NCBI RefSeq assembly: GCF_025526975.1
Contig: NW_026515672.1
Coordinates: 1,116,001-1,180,000 of the forward strand
Origin: Fimicolochytrium jonesii
Taxonomy: Eukaryota
Direction: 5' to 3'
Length of the DNA stretch: 64,000 bases
Made by a program: the position numbers and the translations under genes. The notes under the pieces are model-generated. The model saw only the letters and a program-made list of their open reading frames with translations, searched no databases and was not told where the DNA came from. Positions 25,685 through 37,359 of this stretch are shown one piece after another. Within the stretch, counting starts at the first letter, position 1. Each line of letters opens with the position of its first letter.

Positions 25685-28600
25685 TCACTGAAAGCCAAGA
25701 TGCTTACTTGGTTTGGCGGCTGGTGGCTGCGATGCGTGGGCGGAGTGCGACGCAGCCACACTTCCTTTGACAAAATTGAACAACCGCCGTTGGGTCGGAA
25801 GATCCAGAACTTCAATATCCAACTCGATTTCTCCCGCATCGCTCGTCTGGATGGCGGGGGGTTGCGAAGTATCAGAAAAGGATCGGAGATGACTCCGTGT
25901 TCAGAGGCAGCGACATTGGAACCAAAAAAACCCACCCCTAACGCAAACTCACCTCTGGTAGCCCTGACCCCGCTCTGATTATATCCATGACGGTTTCGAT
26001 CTTCTCCGCCGTCAACTCTCCAACCAACTCGCTGAGTTCCTCTTTCTCTGCCCACGAAAGCGGCTGCATCCCCTCCTCACCCTTCGCCTTCCCCTTCCTG
26101 CCCCCTCGAGGCGCGGCGGTCGCTGCTTTGCGCTTATATGGATGGAAGGTCTCCTTCGCTTTCATCTGCTTGCGTCTCTTAGGTCCCGCGGCGGAGGCGC
26201 TGGGGCCGGGGGAGACGGTTGCGGCGTGGTATTGATGCTGAGGTTGTTGTGCGTGCTGCTGTTGGTGGTGATGCGACATCGACTTACGCTTGGCCTTTTT
26301 GCGCGCCCGCTTGTCTTGGATGATGCCGATCTGCGTCATGATTGACTGGAGTTGCGTGTTGAGCAGGCCGAGTTGTTGGGCGTCGACGGCTGGATGTGCG
26401 GTGATAAAAGAGGATGGTGTCCGTCAGTCACTGGTGTCGATGAAGGGCAGTTTTACAACTGCAGAACAGATATAACATACCGTCATCAGACTCATCGTCC
26501 GAGCTCATGCGCCCCTGCATCATGGGCTGGTACTGGGGCGCCGCCGCAACCTGCTGCTGCTGCTGCGGCTTCTTCACCTTCTTCCCCGCCTGCCGCTGCT
26601 CCCCTTTCGCAACCATATTCGCCACAACCGCGTCCTTCGCCGCCCATTTCCTCTCAAACACTTCCTCCAACTTCTTCCCATGCGTATGGATATCATGTCC
26701 GACGGGGTTAAAAACAAAACAGTTCCTCAACATCAACCTCACGTCGCCGGCAAACGCGTCCGCGTCGGCGTACGATCCGGTCTCCAGCTTGCGCCGGATG
26801 GTGGACAGATCCATGGGGTGGGTGACTACAGTGCGGTAGTGGGGGATGCCCAGCGCGTCCGGGTCGACGGGTTGCAGGAACGGCCAATTGTACGTCGCGC
26901 GGGTTTTCTTGCAGAGCTCTTTCAGGACGTCGTTGCAAAATTTGAGTTCAAGGTCCGGGTGGGATGCGCTGGACTGCGGGGCCGCGGCGCTGGCGAGGTT
27001 GAGGCTGTCGCTGCTTCCCTCGCGATCGATGGGTGAGTTGAGTTCGAGAAGGCCCTTCAGTGCGAGCTGGCTAGCCTCGCGGCGAGGACGGGTGTCGGCG
27101 ATGGAAGGTTCGCTCGGAGTGTTTGTTGCCAAGGGCGGAGGGATCATAGAGTCGCGCTTGCGTTGTTTCGGCTCCTTAGGCTTGAGGATGGAGAGGATGC
27201 CATGTTAATTCATGAAAAGAGTCGCGGCCAAACACCGCCTCTCCAAGAAGCCGACAATCAACATACCTGCAAAGGCATCTTCTCTATCAACCTCTCAAAC
27301 GCCCCCTCCAGCCTCTCTCCACTCTGCCCGGTTACCGACGCACGTCCATTATACAGGTAACAATTTGCAAACATGAGCTTCACATCATTCACGAACTCCT
27401 GCGGCGTCGGATATTGTGCCGTGCGCCACTTTAGCTCGATGGTCGAAAGGTCCATGGGCTGCTTGACTATATCGTAGTAGGTAGGGATTTTGAGTTTGAC
27501 TGGGTCGACTGGCGAGAGGAAGGGGCGTGCGTCTTTGAGGCGTTTGAGCTGTTTGAGTACGCTGCCGCAGAAGCGAAGTTGTTCTTGCAGGAGGCGTGGG
27601 TCCGTCTGTCCAGTGACTTGAGTGTCCGAGGCGGAAGCTTGATAGAGAGGCGCTTCCGGCTCGCTCTGTTGGAAGGCAAGACAATGTTGATGAAAAGTAG
27701 CGTGAGGGCCAAGTATAAGTGATGCGGGACTCAGACTACCAGCAATGGAAGACCTATGCCACATACCTTCGCTGTGACTTGGGCAACCTCGGCACCCACA
27801 CTGGGGGTCGGTTGGTTGACCGCGGCATCACCAGTCTCTACACGACGCTCCACACCTTGCTTCTGAATATCCAACTCCATTGGCGTGACCTTCGCATCCG
27901 CATTGCCCGTCTCGACATCTCTCTCCCCACCTTGCTCCCGAATGCCTATCTCCATCGATGTTTCCCTCGCATTTTCATCCGACCGCTTCTCCTGGCGAAG
28001 TTCACTGTCCCGACGTTCCACTGCTGCATGTTTCGACTTTACTGCTGAGTACCACTGCTGGGTTCCAATTTCATGGTGCACCCCGGCGACCGCCGCATCC
28101 CCGTCCGCGAGCGTGTCCTGCCGGGTTTCGACTTCCTTCGCCATTGATGCGTTCGCTTCCTGCGCCAGGGTCTCAGGTTGACGAAACTCCTCAGGCAACC
28201 CACGGTTCTCCACCGCGACGTCATTCCGAGCGCTATCCTTCTCGCCGACCGTCTCCAGCGTCTTCGCTCCTTCAGCCGAGGACGTAGGCACGGGCGTCAC
28301 CAGCACGGGCGTCTCCGCCGTCTGCTCCGCATTCTTCTCCTTAGCCACGATGGTTCCCGGTTTCATCAACGGTGTCACCAACGGCGTAAGCGAGATATCA
28401 ACCGTCGGGCTCTCGAGCTCCTCCTCCTCCATCGGGATTTCCAAAACCATCTCCTCCTGCCCCTCCTCTTCGATCATCTTCATCTCGCCAAATCTGAAAT
28501 CCCCCGGTGGGGAAAACCTCGTCCTGCCGCCCCCGTCGTGGCTTGCGCCGGCAGCGTGCGGAGGGGGGTACGCGTCTTGGAAATGTTCGAAGCCAAGTCT

Positions 28601-28738
28601 GTATTGGCGCGACCGTTTGCGGGTCGGGGATGAACCCGCACCGGATGCGGGACTGGTGGCTTCGTCATCGGTCGCATCGGAAGCCTTTCGCTTGCGCGAG
28701 GGAGCATCGTCTGTGTTGAGGACTGAGTTGACGTCCAT
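25685..28738 (-). CDS. BDF1: BET-family double-bromodomain + ET-domain protein (5-6 exons; may end at 25685 or splice to a last exon ending near 25085)
   Basis: BD1 ARPFLSPVDPVKLKIPTYYDIVKQPMDLSTI...NCYLYN, BD2 NWPFLQPVDPDALGIPHYRTVVTHPMDLSTI...NCFVFN, ET PLSWAEKEELSELVGELTAEKIETVMDII...EIELDIEVLD. Confidence 0.93.
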
Positions 28739-30199
28739 TGCGTAGGGTTTGATGTGAGGTTATGGGGTATGGCCGGCTGGTGAACATCGGCATGAGAGTG
28801 CCGCCAGGATCAGCTGCGTCTCGGTTTTACGCCACAATTTCTTGCTTGGTAAGTTGTCTCGGGGTTCAAATGCTGTGTTGCGAAGTTCAGAAGCGTTGCC
28901 ACAACCGGCTCAGGCGGTGAGACCGAGGTGAGGAGGATGTGCGATGCGTGGGCGATATGCACCAATCTAACTGTGCGTACGTATGGCACTGCGAAGCTCG
29001 GGTTGGGGTGAGTTTGCGGGGATGTTTGTGTTGTTGACTGCAGGACACCGACTGACAGGATGGCTTATGTCAGCGACCGGATTGACAGTTTCCCACTGAC
29101 GTCTGAGGGAGAATTATGCGAAACTTTGGTCGGATGGGTTCGTCTAGATCTACGGAGCAGAGCTTCATCTATCCACTCTCCTTCACATGCCGAAAGCCTC
29201 TGGCCGTGCATTGCGCTCACCAATGCCTGCGGTCAGAGACTCTAAGCATGGAGTGGCACTGGGGAACTTGTGCGAGTGTGGACATCTGTTCGACGCAGAG
29301 AAACCACGGCCGCATGTCAAATCTGCAACTGCTAACGCAAGGTCGCTCGAGCATCCCTTAGATGCATGCACCAATTCACCATAACTACAGTACTATGCTT
29401 TCATTCAAGTTTACGGCGAGGATGTCACTCCGACCTTTATCAGGCAAATTCGACAGCGCGTGTTCCAGCTCATGGTCCTCACTTCCGATGGCGATGGGTC
29501 GGGCCCGTTACGCTTCTGGCGCAAGTCCGACTTGCGAGCTTTGAGCAGCAGGTCTTGTAGCATCTGCGTGGGCGGCATGAATCGGCCTATTGTGGAATTA
29601 TTATGGAGTGTTCTCGTAAAGCTCGTTGAAACGTGCAAGCTAAAACAGCTCGAACGAGCGATCCTATGTACAGAGGCCAGACACCACACCTAGGTCTAAA
29701 AAACAATCAACGACGGCCAAATGTAAACATTGGCAGTGGCAAGGACGAACAGCATGCTGGGCAAGGCAGCGATCTGCAACCCTGTGCCGCGGACCCAAAC
29801 CTAGCGGCCGAGTCCTCCGGGTCCTTCCAACCCGGCGGGGGAGGGGTAACATCGCGCATTCCTCCGTCGCATTATAAAACACCTCTCCAGCCTCACGAAT
29901 GTAGCAGCCATCAGGCAACTTGAACGCGAGCGTCTCGACCCTCCTCCGGATATCCAAAACAACGATATCAACCCGCTCAAAAGTGACCATCGCGGATGCT
30001 GTGATTGGAGATCCCGTAACGGCCCAGAGACAGCGCCGCGCGGAAAAGACCGTATATACATGGCTGCAGTACTGCTACATACTCCTACGCGAGAAGGATC
30101 ATGACGGGTGGGGTATGTGATGGATGTGCCGTCTCTACGATAAGATGTAGCAGAGCACAAAAGAGAGGAAAAGAGAGGAAAAAGACATGCTAGTCTAAT

Positions 30200-31141
30200 C
30201 TACTTGCGAGCGACCATGGTAGCCGCGGCCTGGGCGGAGGGCAGGACGAGCATCGATGCGATTTGAACATGGGGTGGGCGGCTGGCGGCGAATACGACCG
30301 TCTGTGTGTGATGTAGTGTGTGATGTAAATAGATGTGTGTGATGTGAGTATGTGCGTAATAGATGGGGATGGGCCCTCGGCACACACTCACCTCAGCAAT
30401 GTCCGTCCCACTCAACGGCGTGAACCCCTTGTACACCGCATCAGCCTTCGCCTTATCGCCCCCAAACCTAATCATGGAGAATTCCGTCTCAACGGCTCCC
30501 GGGTCGATAGATGTGACGTTGATGGGCGAATCCACCAGTTCCATCCGCAGCGTGCGTGTGAGTGCGTCCACGGCATGCTTGCTGGCACAGTAGACGCCTC
30601 CGCCGGGGTAGACTTCACGGCCGGAGATACTGGATACGTTGATGATGTGTCCATTGCCCCTCTTCTTCATCCCAGGCAACACCGCCTGGGTCGCAAACAA
30701 CAGTCCTTTGACGTTCGTATCCAGCATGACATCAATCGCCTCCTCGGTGACCTTCTCGATCGAGTCCAGGCCAATCACCAGTCCGGCGTTGTTGACCAGG
30801 ACATCCACTTCGCTGAACTCTTTCGGCAGGGCGTTGATGGCTGCAAACACCTTTGCGCGATCGCGCACGTCAAGTTCGAGGGCGTGCACCGCGATGGAGG
30901 GGTAAGATGATGTGAGGGCTTCGCGCAGGGAGTTGAGCTTTTCGGTTCGGCGCGCGGCGAGGATGAGGCGGCTTCCTTCTTTTGCGAACTCGTGCGCGCA
31001 GGCGGAGCCGATACCTGCTGAGGCTCCAGTGATAAGGACGGTTTTGTTGGTGAGGCGGCCCATTTTGGGAGGGGAGGTGTGGAAGTGGTGGGAGTGTGAT
31101 CTGGAAGTCTTGAAAGCGGCGGAGATGGCGCGGCTGAGCAT
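30200..31141 (-). CDS. NADP-dependent 3-hydroxy acid dehydrogenase (YdfG/YMR226C-like SDR); intron 30302-30391
   Basis: TGASAGIG, LVNNAG, YCASK and PGAVETEFS motifs. A presequence-like N-terminus precedes a second Met at 31063. Confidence 0.9.
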   Translation of the reverse strand: MLSRAISAAFKTSRSHSHHFHTSPPKMGRLTNKTVLITGASAGIGSACAHEFAKEGSRLILAARRTEKLNSLREALTSSYPSIAVHALELDVRDRAKVFAAINALPKEFSEVDVLVNNAGLVIGLDSIEKVTEEAIDVMLDTNVKGLLFATQAVLPGMKKRGNGHIINVSSISGREVYPGGGVYCASKHAVDALTRTLRMELVDSPINVTSIDPGAVETEFSMIRFGGDKAKADAVYKGFTPLSGTDIAEVSVCRGPIPIYYAHTHITHIYLHHTLHHTQTVVFAASRPPHVQIASMLVLPSAQAAATMVARK

Positions 31142-31448
31142 GGAATGCAGTGGGAAGGACGCTATGAGTTCGAGGTGGGGGTGGGGTTGCGTACCTTGCT
31201 CTGAGCTGTTCTATTCCGGCAAGAGACTGTGACTAGCTGAAGCTTTGAAATTGGGGGGTTGTTCTAGCCAGGGGCACTGAGGGCACGGAAGTGTGACCTC
31301 GGACTGCCTCGGACTTTTTGTTCGCTTTCCGACGTGATCGCGGTTTGGGGCTTTTGGGGCAGGTTGTGAATTTGGGAAGCAAACCTACATCCCCAAAGTG
31401 CCCGATCCCCAACCCCCCACTCCGCCGACCCCACCCCACCACCCAGCC

Positions 31449-31749
31449 ATGTCAACCCGCTCAAAAGCAACCTTCGCCGCCTCCTGCGTCTTCACCGCCT
31501 CAACAATAGCCGCAGTCTACTACTGGCAGGACATGAGCTTCCAGGTATCCATCTTCCATCCTCCTCCATTTCCTCATCCCCATTTCTAACCACCTCTTGG
31601 GAACTGGTGTTATTTAGACACGACGAGTCGGCCTAGTACGAGATGACGAACGCCGAGCGCAATGGCGGGAGAACGTGCGTGAGTTGGAACGGCAGGAGGC
31701 GTTGAGGAAGAAATTGGAGGTGGGGCAGAGCGTTACGCAGACTTCGTAG
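31449..31749 (+). CDS. PET117: Cytochrome c oxidase assembly factor Pet117 (intron 31545-31617)
   Basis: Spliced MSTRSKATFAASCVFTASTIAAVYYWQDMSFQTRRVGLVRDDERRAQWRENVRELERQEALRKKLEVGQSVTQTS*. Confidence 0.85.
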
Positions 31750-32808
31750 GGGTTTTGGACATGTAGGATGAGGGAGTGGGGGGCCGGAGGAAGGGGAATG
31801 ACATTGGCCGACGTCAGGCAAGAAGGGAGTGGACTGGAGGGAGGACACACTCGACACCGAGGCGCACATTGGTTCACTCGACACTGCACCATCACCACCG
31901 CCATCTACTGTAGAGTTGTGAGCCGATCCAGCAACTCCCGGGATGAGAACGTCCCCTCAGGATCAGCTCAGTTTCGCACCGTCTGCGGCCGCCATCTACC
32001 CTTTTTGCGGAAGCGCTCCTGACGGGCGTGAAGTTCCTCTCGGCATGATGATTGGGAGCCCCAGACACAAACGACTGAGGGTGTTCACCGAGTCATCGTT
32101 CGACCAGCGAAAACTAGCAGGCATCGATTATAGATATCGCCATCATATAGGGTATCTCTCGCCCAAATCTTATTTCCAAACTGTATGCATATATACCATT
32201 GCGACAGCCGCGCAAAACACACATTCAGCACCCATCCCCAGCGCAACACCTATGTTCTCTTCACCTCCTATACTGTATGACTCTCACCACCCTGCTCCCG
32301 AACCCGCAAAACAAGAGCCATTCATTTCACAGCCACGTGATGAGAGGCGAATTGTATTCCCAGACTCCCCGACTCCCCGTTCCCAAGTTCCCGGCATTCC
32401 AAACTTTCCGATCGATCGGTGATGGGCCCTTGTGACGTCATCCTGTCCGACGCGCCCGGTGGGAATGTTCTGCTGCCCGCCTGGCTTCTTCAGAAGCAAC
32501 GCGTCACCGTTCCGGTGTGTTTTTGCATCCAACATTTGGCCATCCTCGTCCTACGACGGTGTCGCTGGCTGTCAACTTGTCTCTGCGTCTGCCATCGATG
32601 CGCCGGCCGTATGTATGTAAAAGAAGAGGGGAGAGTGAGGTCCTCCTCGCATTCTACCCCATCTCCAAATTGCGAGCCACCTGGCCAAAGCTGCCCAGAA
32701 CCAGCAAGTAAGACGAGAGAGCACTAGAGCACTTCTAGCGTCGTCTCCTCCGTCCAGAACGCTGTTCCCATTCTCCTATCTCACCCCCTCAGATTGACCT
32801 CGCCAAAA

Positions 32809-33771
32809 ATGCTGACAACAGTCCAAGCCCTCGTGAAACTCTCCCGCGCCCAATTCTGCGTCGAGCCCATCCTCCGCACCATCGTCGCCGCCTCCGCCTA
32901 CGCCCACGACCACCACACCCCCCTCAACCTGCACTCCCTCCTGATCACATCCACCCTCATCGCCCTCTTCCTCATCGCCCTCAACTATTACAACGACTAC
33001 GACGACTACGAAGGCGACCTCGCCAACACCAAACGCGCAGACTCACCGTCGACCGGTGGCGCCGGTGTGCTTGTCGCGGGCACGTTGCCGAGATGGTCGG
33101 CTCTCTTGGCCTCCGTATCCTGCGTGACACTCGCAGGCGTGTTGATCCTCACCGACCGCGCCCTGCACCCAGAGACAACACCCTTCAGGAACCAAACCCT
33201 CGTCGCCGGCCTCCTCTTCATGGCTCTCGGCTCGCAGTACAACGCTGGCCTGCGACTCGCTTATACACCGTTTAACGAGTTCCTAACCACCAGCACGCTC
33301 AGCATCGGCACATGGCTGTTTGGGTACAACACCCAATCCCCCGACGCATCCTTCACCCTCCCACACGTGGCAACATCCATCGTGATCCTCGACGCGGTCC
33401 TGCAGTTCAGCCGCATCCTCACAATGATGGTCGTCGACACCGAAGCCGACCGGTTTATCGGTAAACTCACCTTTGCGTGCACGCTCGGCGTCAAACGCAC
33501 CGCACAGCTGTACCTCAACCTCCAATACCTCCTCGCTGCCCTCGCGGTGTACTTCGCGTACACGTCGACCAGCCCCGTGGAACGTGCGCTGGTGGGCGTG
33601 TTGGCGGCGATCGCGGTGCCGCAGAATTTGGGCGTGGCGAAGGAACTTGCGGCGTTGGGGGAAGGGAAGGAAGGGGCGGCGAAGGATGCCCCGTTTGTGG
33701 TGAGTAAGGTCATGGTGGAGACGAATCTGGCCATGTTGGCCGTTTTTGGGGTTAGTTGGTGGGGCGCTTGA
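32809..33771 (+). CDS. UbiA-family prenyltransferase, MenA/UBIAD1-like
   Basis: NYYNDYDDYEGD (NDxxD), TGGAGVL and DTEADRFIGKLT motifs with multiple TM segments. The CDS has no intron; there is a probable 5'-UTR intron at 32708-32792. Confidence 0.8.
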   Translation: MLTTVQALVKLSRAQFCVEPILRTIVAASAYAHDHHTPLNLHSLLITSTLIALFLIALNYYNDYDDYEGDLANTKRADSPSTGGAGVLVAGTLPRWSALLASVSCVTLAGVLILTDRALHPETTPFRNQTLVAGLLFMALGSQYNAGLRLAYTPFNEFLTTSTLSIGTWLFGYNTQSPDASFTLPHVATSIVILDAVLQFSRILTMMVVDTEADRFIGKLTFACTLGVKRTAQLYLNLQYLLAALAVYFAYTSTSPVERALVGVLAAIAVPQNLGVAKELAALGEGKEGAAKDAPFVVSKVMVETNLAMLAVFGVSWWGA

Positions 33772-34409
33772 AATGGCGATTGGTTAGGTTAGTGGGACCG
33801 GCTCGTTTGGGTTTTTGCGGATTTTGGACGGCTTTGGGGATGTTACGGGTTATGGCGTAGACGCAATTCATACAATCTTCTTCATCACCCTTCGCAAGTG
33901 TCAATTTGACTTTGATAGAGTAGTTGATAGGTTTCTTCCAATAAACACTCACTGCAACTGCCCTCACATCGACAACCCGCCCATCCCGCACTGGGCGATA
34001 AAGACAAGATGAGGACGCGCCAGCTATTGAACCCTTCGCTGTCTTCGGGCTCCAGGGGCTCCTCCTCGCTGACCGGCCTCTAGATCGATCGATATAGAGT
34101 CTCTGTATATATGTATGTAGATCCAAGTGATATCTGCTGCCGAGCTGTTGCGTGGGAAGATCGCGGTCAGAAGGAAAATGTGGGAGATTTGGCCAACTTC
34201 TCCCGTCCCTCCAAGTCCTCCGATGTTTCTACACGGCCTCAGGATCAAGGCATATACTGTACAAGAAAGGAAATGGCACTGAAAGAAACTACATATGATT
34301 AACCTATGGGATCGCGGCTGGAATACAAACACTACATACGACAATCTACACTACATTCAACTACTAATTCAGAGTGCAGATTATGAGAGAAGAATGGCTC
34401 CGGCTACCA

Positions 34410-35446
34410 CTAATCCATGGCATGACATTGAGGAGGCCGCTCAAGGGTTGTAGCTATGGTACCATACATATCCCGACACATTACGACCCTTTTCACTCCT
34501 CCTGCACAAACAAAAAATGGCAAATATTGCCCGTCCATCCCCCATGTTTTTCGTGGGCATAGTTGTCCCCGTCCAGCCAGATCCACATCAATCAACTCAA
34601 CGACGCCATCGTCTTTCATCGCCTGATACAGGTCCATCATCTTCAGCCTCCGCTGTTCATCCTCGTGGACGGGCGAGGCGCGGTCTCCACGGTAATACCA
34701 ATCGAAAAGCTTGTCGAGGAGGTACTTAGTCGTCGCGGCTTCATCTTCCAGGAGCACCCGTTTGAGCCCAAAGTACTCCCGAATGTGCTCCGGGACTCGC
34801 AGACGGATCAGGAGGGTTTCGAGCAGGGCGACTTTGCTCTCACTTGAATCCCGTCAGTGCATCCAGTTCCGGGACAGGTGCGATCAGGAACGCGCACTGG
34901 AAATCGCCTGCTTCTTTGCCGCGGCCGTAGGCGGTCCTGCCTCCCCACACTTCCCCACTCTGAATAGACGTTGATGAGCAGCAACGGGGCCCCTGACGAA
35001 CTCGAGATCTTTGCTGAGGTTCATCCACTCGGAATCGTTCTTTGGCGCATTCCGGGGGGAGCGAAAGAGGAGCTGGAGAATCTTCAAGCAGACGAAAGCG
35101 CATCTCTCGGAGAAAGCCAAACTCGCATATCAAGTGGGCGATGTGAAGCTTGTGCCAAATAGTGTAGCCGGCGACGTCTAGCGTATACTCGGGGTTATAG
35201 TCCTCGTCCACGTTGAACATCTCTCCGCCTTCGTTCGGAAAGTCTTCAATCTCGTCGAACTTGTAATTGACAGGACAGTGTTCCCTTGGGGAGAGCGCCG
35301 AATTCCATGCGTTGCATACCAGGAGGCAGTTGACGAGATCTTCTGGGGACGTCAGAGCTACGAAGCACAAGATGCGAGGAATGAGCTCCAGGGGCGGAGG
35401 AGCTCTGTACTTCGCTATCGTGGTATATAGGTCCGGAGGTAGCCAT
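34410..35446 (-). pseudogene. Frameshifted F-box gene
   Basis: F-box PPLELIPRILCFVALTSPEDLVNCLLVCNAWNSALS. The nearest ATG (35446) is out of frame, and downstream protein-like segments switch frames. Confidence 0.55.
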
Positions 35447-36633
35447 GCCGCTATAATGGAATGCCGAGAGTGCCTGCGCGGGAGGAAAAAGAGGTATTCA
35501 GTCTGTGATGTTGGCAGATGCGGGAGTGGTCCGAGTGAGCCGCCGAATAGTCGATGTCGACAACCGAGATGTCGCGCCGCTGTCCAAGCATTCGGGCATT
35601 CGGGCCGCAATGGTTTTTTACGTCCATGTCGAGACCGCCCCAGACAATGGACTCCTGAGTCCGGATTCGTCCCGCAACTACTGTATCCAACACAAAGCGA
35701 CCAGCTCTCAAAGTGGATCTGGAGTACGCCAGCAAATACGGGTAGATGTAGTTCTTGACACCCCTTTGTGAAAGGCTTCCTTGCCAACGATTTCACGCGT
35801 CGTGAAGAACTGAACAGCGAAAGCAATGGATACGAACATTGATAAAAGGACGAGAGGAGGGTGAACGGAGAGCGGAAGGGGTTTGACGTGGTAGACAGGA
35901 GAGTAAGAGGAGGTTGCCGCCTGGGAGACAGGAGAGGCCTAGGGGTCCGGGAGGGAAGGAACAGGAGAATTGCTGAGAACGCAATCCAGTTTTCCACGCG
36001 TAAGTGAGGTTCGCGTTGTCCGAAACGCGCGCTTCCCAGCACGCTCTGGGTGCGCTCTAGGTGTCGGAGGACGCGAGGGAGTACTATAATACGAGATGCG
36101 CAGGGCCGCGATCAACGGCGACAATGAGACGGAGAACGAGTGGCTCCTTACCACCTATGTGGACCCTTATAAATGTGACCCGGCTGAAACCGAGAAGGAG
36201 CGGTTGGACAGGCGCAGGGAGCAGTTGGAGAGGAGCATTGAAATGTCATGAAGGTCTTGTACATGAGGGTTTCCAGAAATGATTAGTATCTCCATCGAAC
36301 GGCCGGCCGGTGCAGATTGGGCATGCACCTTCTGCGACTTCGTGGTGCGCCGGAGGAGGGAGCCCGGCCGCAGCCTGCTGGGATGGCTGGTATATTGGAC
36401 GCTGAGTGATCACGATCATGCGGAAGAGTTCCATAGAAAGGGGATCCTGTACAGCGCTAACGAAGTTTGCCATCCTCTTTGCTCCGCACGCAAATCCCAG
36501 CAGCAGGTAGACAAGTCAGCCAGTGGAGTCCATATCGTGGACGAGCGAACGGGAGGAAGAGCAGCCAGTGTTAGGACGTCCCCAGTTCACGGAACACACC
36601 GCCTCCTCGCATTCCCGCCTCCCAACCCACCCA

Positions 36634-36894
36634 ATGAAGACCTCCTATTCTACAGCGAAGTGCAAACCTCTCCCTCTAGAGCTCCTCCCCCGCATCCTAT
36701 GCGTAGTCGCTCTCACCGATCCCTCAGACCTAATCTCCTGCCTCCTAGTCTGCAAGGCATGGAATCGCTCGCTCTCCATCGGATTCCGAGACGTTTTCGA
36801 TGACAAGATGATTGTGATCCACCAAGCTTCGCGAATCGCCAGCGGCCGTGCCTTGGAGAAAGACCCCTCTTCAATCACACGTCAGCTCAAGTGA
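36634..36894 (+). pseudogene. Truncated F-box paralog
   Basis: MKTSYSTAKCKPLPLELLPRILCVVALTDPSDLISCLLVCKAWNRSLS, closely similar to the 35.3 kb copy. It stops after 86 aa. Confidence 0.55.
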
Positions 36895-36908
36895 ACAGAA
36901 GCAATGCT

Positions 36909-37067
36909 GGGCCCACTAGTACTGTACATATGAACGCCCGTTTGCAATGAGTTTGCGATGACGCCCGTTTGTTGTGCAGGTTGTGCGGGGCCCACTAGTA
37001 CTGTACATATGAACGCCCGTTTGCAATGAGTTTGCGTTGACGCCCGCTTGTTGTGCAGGTTGTGCGG
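36909..37067. repeat. 79-bp direct tandem duplication (2 copies)
   Basis: GGGCCCACTAGTACTGTACATATGAACGCCCGTTTGCAATGAG...TTGTGCAGGTTGTGCG at 36909 and 36988, differing at 2 positions. Confidence 0.95.
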
Positions 37068-37359
37068 TTGACCGTTGCCTCTTGGGGCCCGCTCCAGGTG
37101 GGCGCTTTTTGGTGTGCGTTAGGGGGGTGCGGGCCAGGCTGCGGGCGTCGGCCTGTGGCGACTCGCCCAAGTGCTGGTCCTCGTCGGGTACAACATGCCG
37201 GTCCCACCGACCTAGGTACAGTGCAGTACCGAGTGCAGTATGTATTCGGTGGTTGTTGGGTGGTTGTGAGCTTATGAAGTGCAAAAGTCGTCCAGGCCCC
37301 CGGGAACAATTGCGAGGAAGAAGAGGAACTGACAGATCGAGCAGAAGAACCCATCGAAA

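Noticed and set aside
29060..30120. Short ORFs, one faintly F-box-like (IRQRVFQL)
   Set aside because: The resemblance is too weak and there is no coherent gene model.
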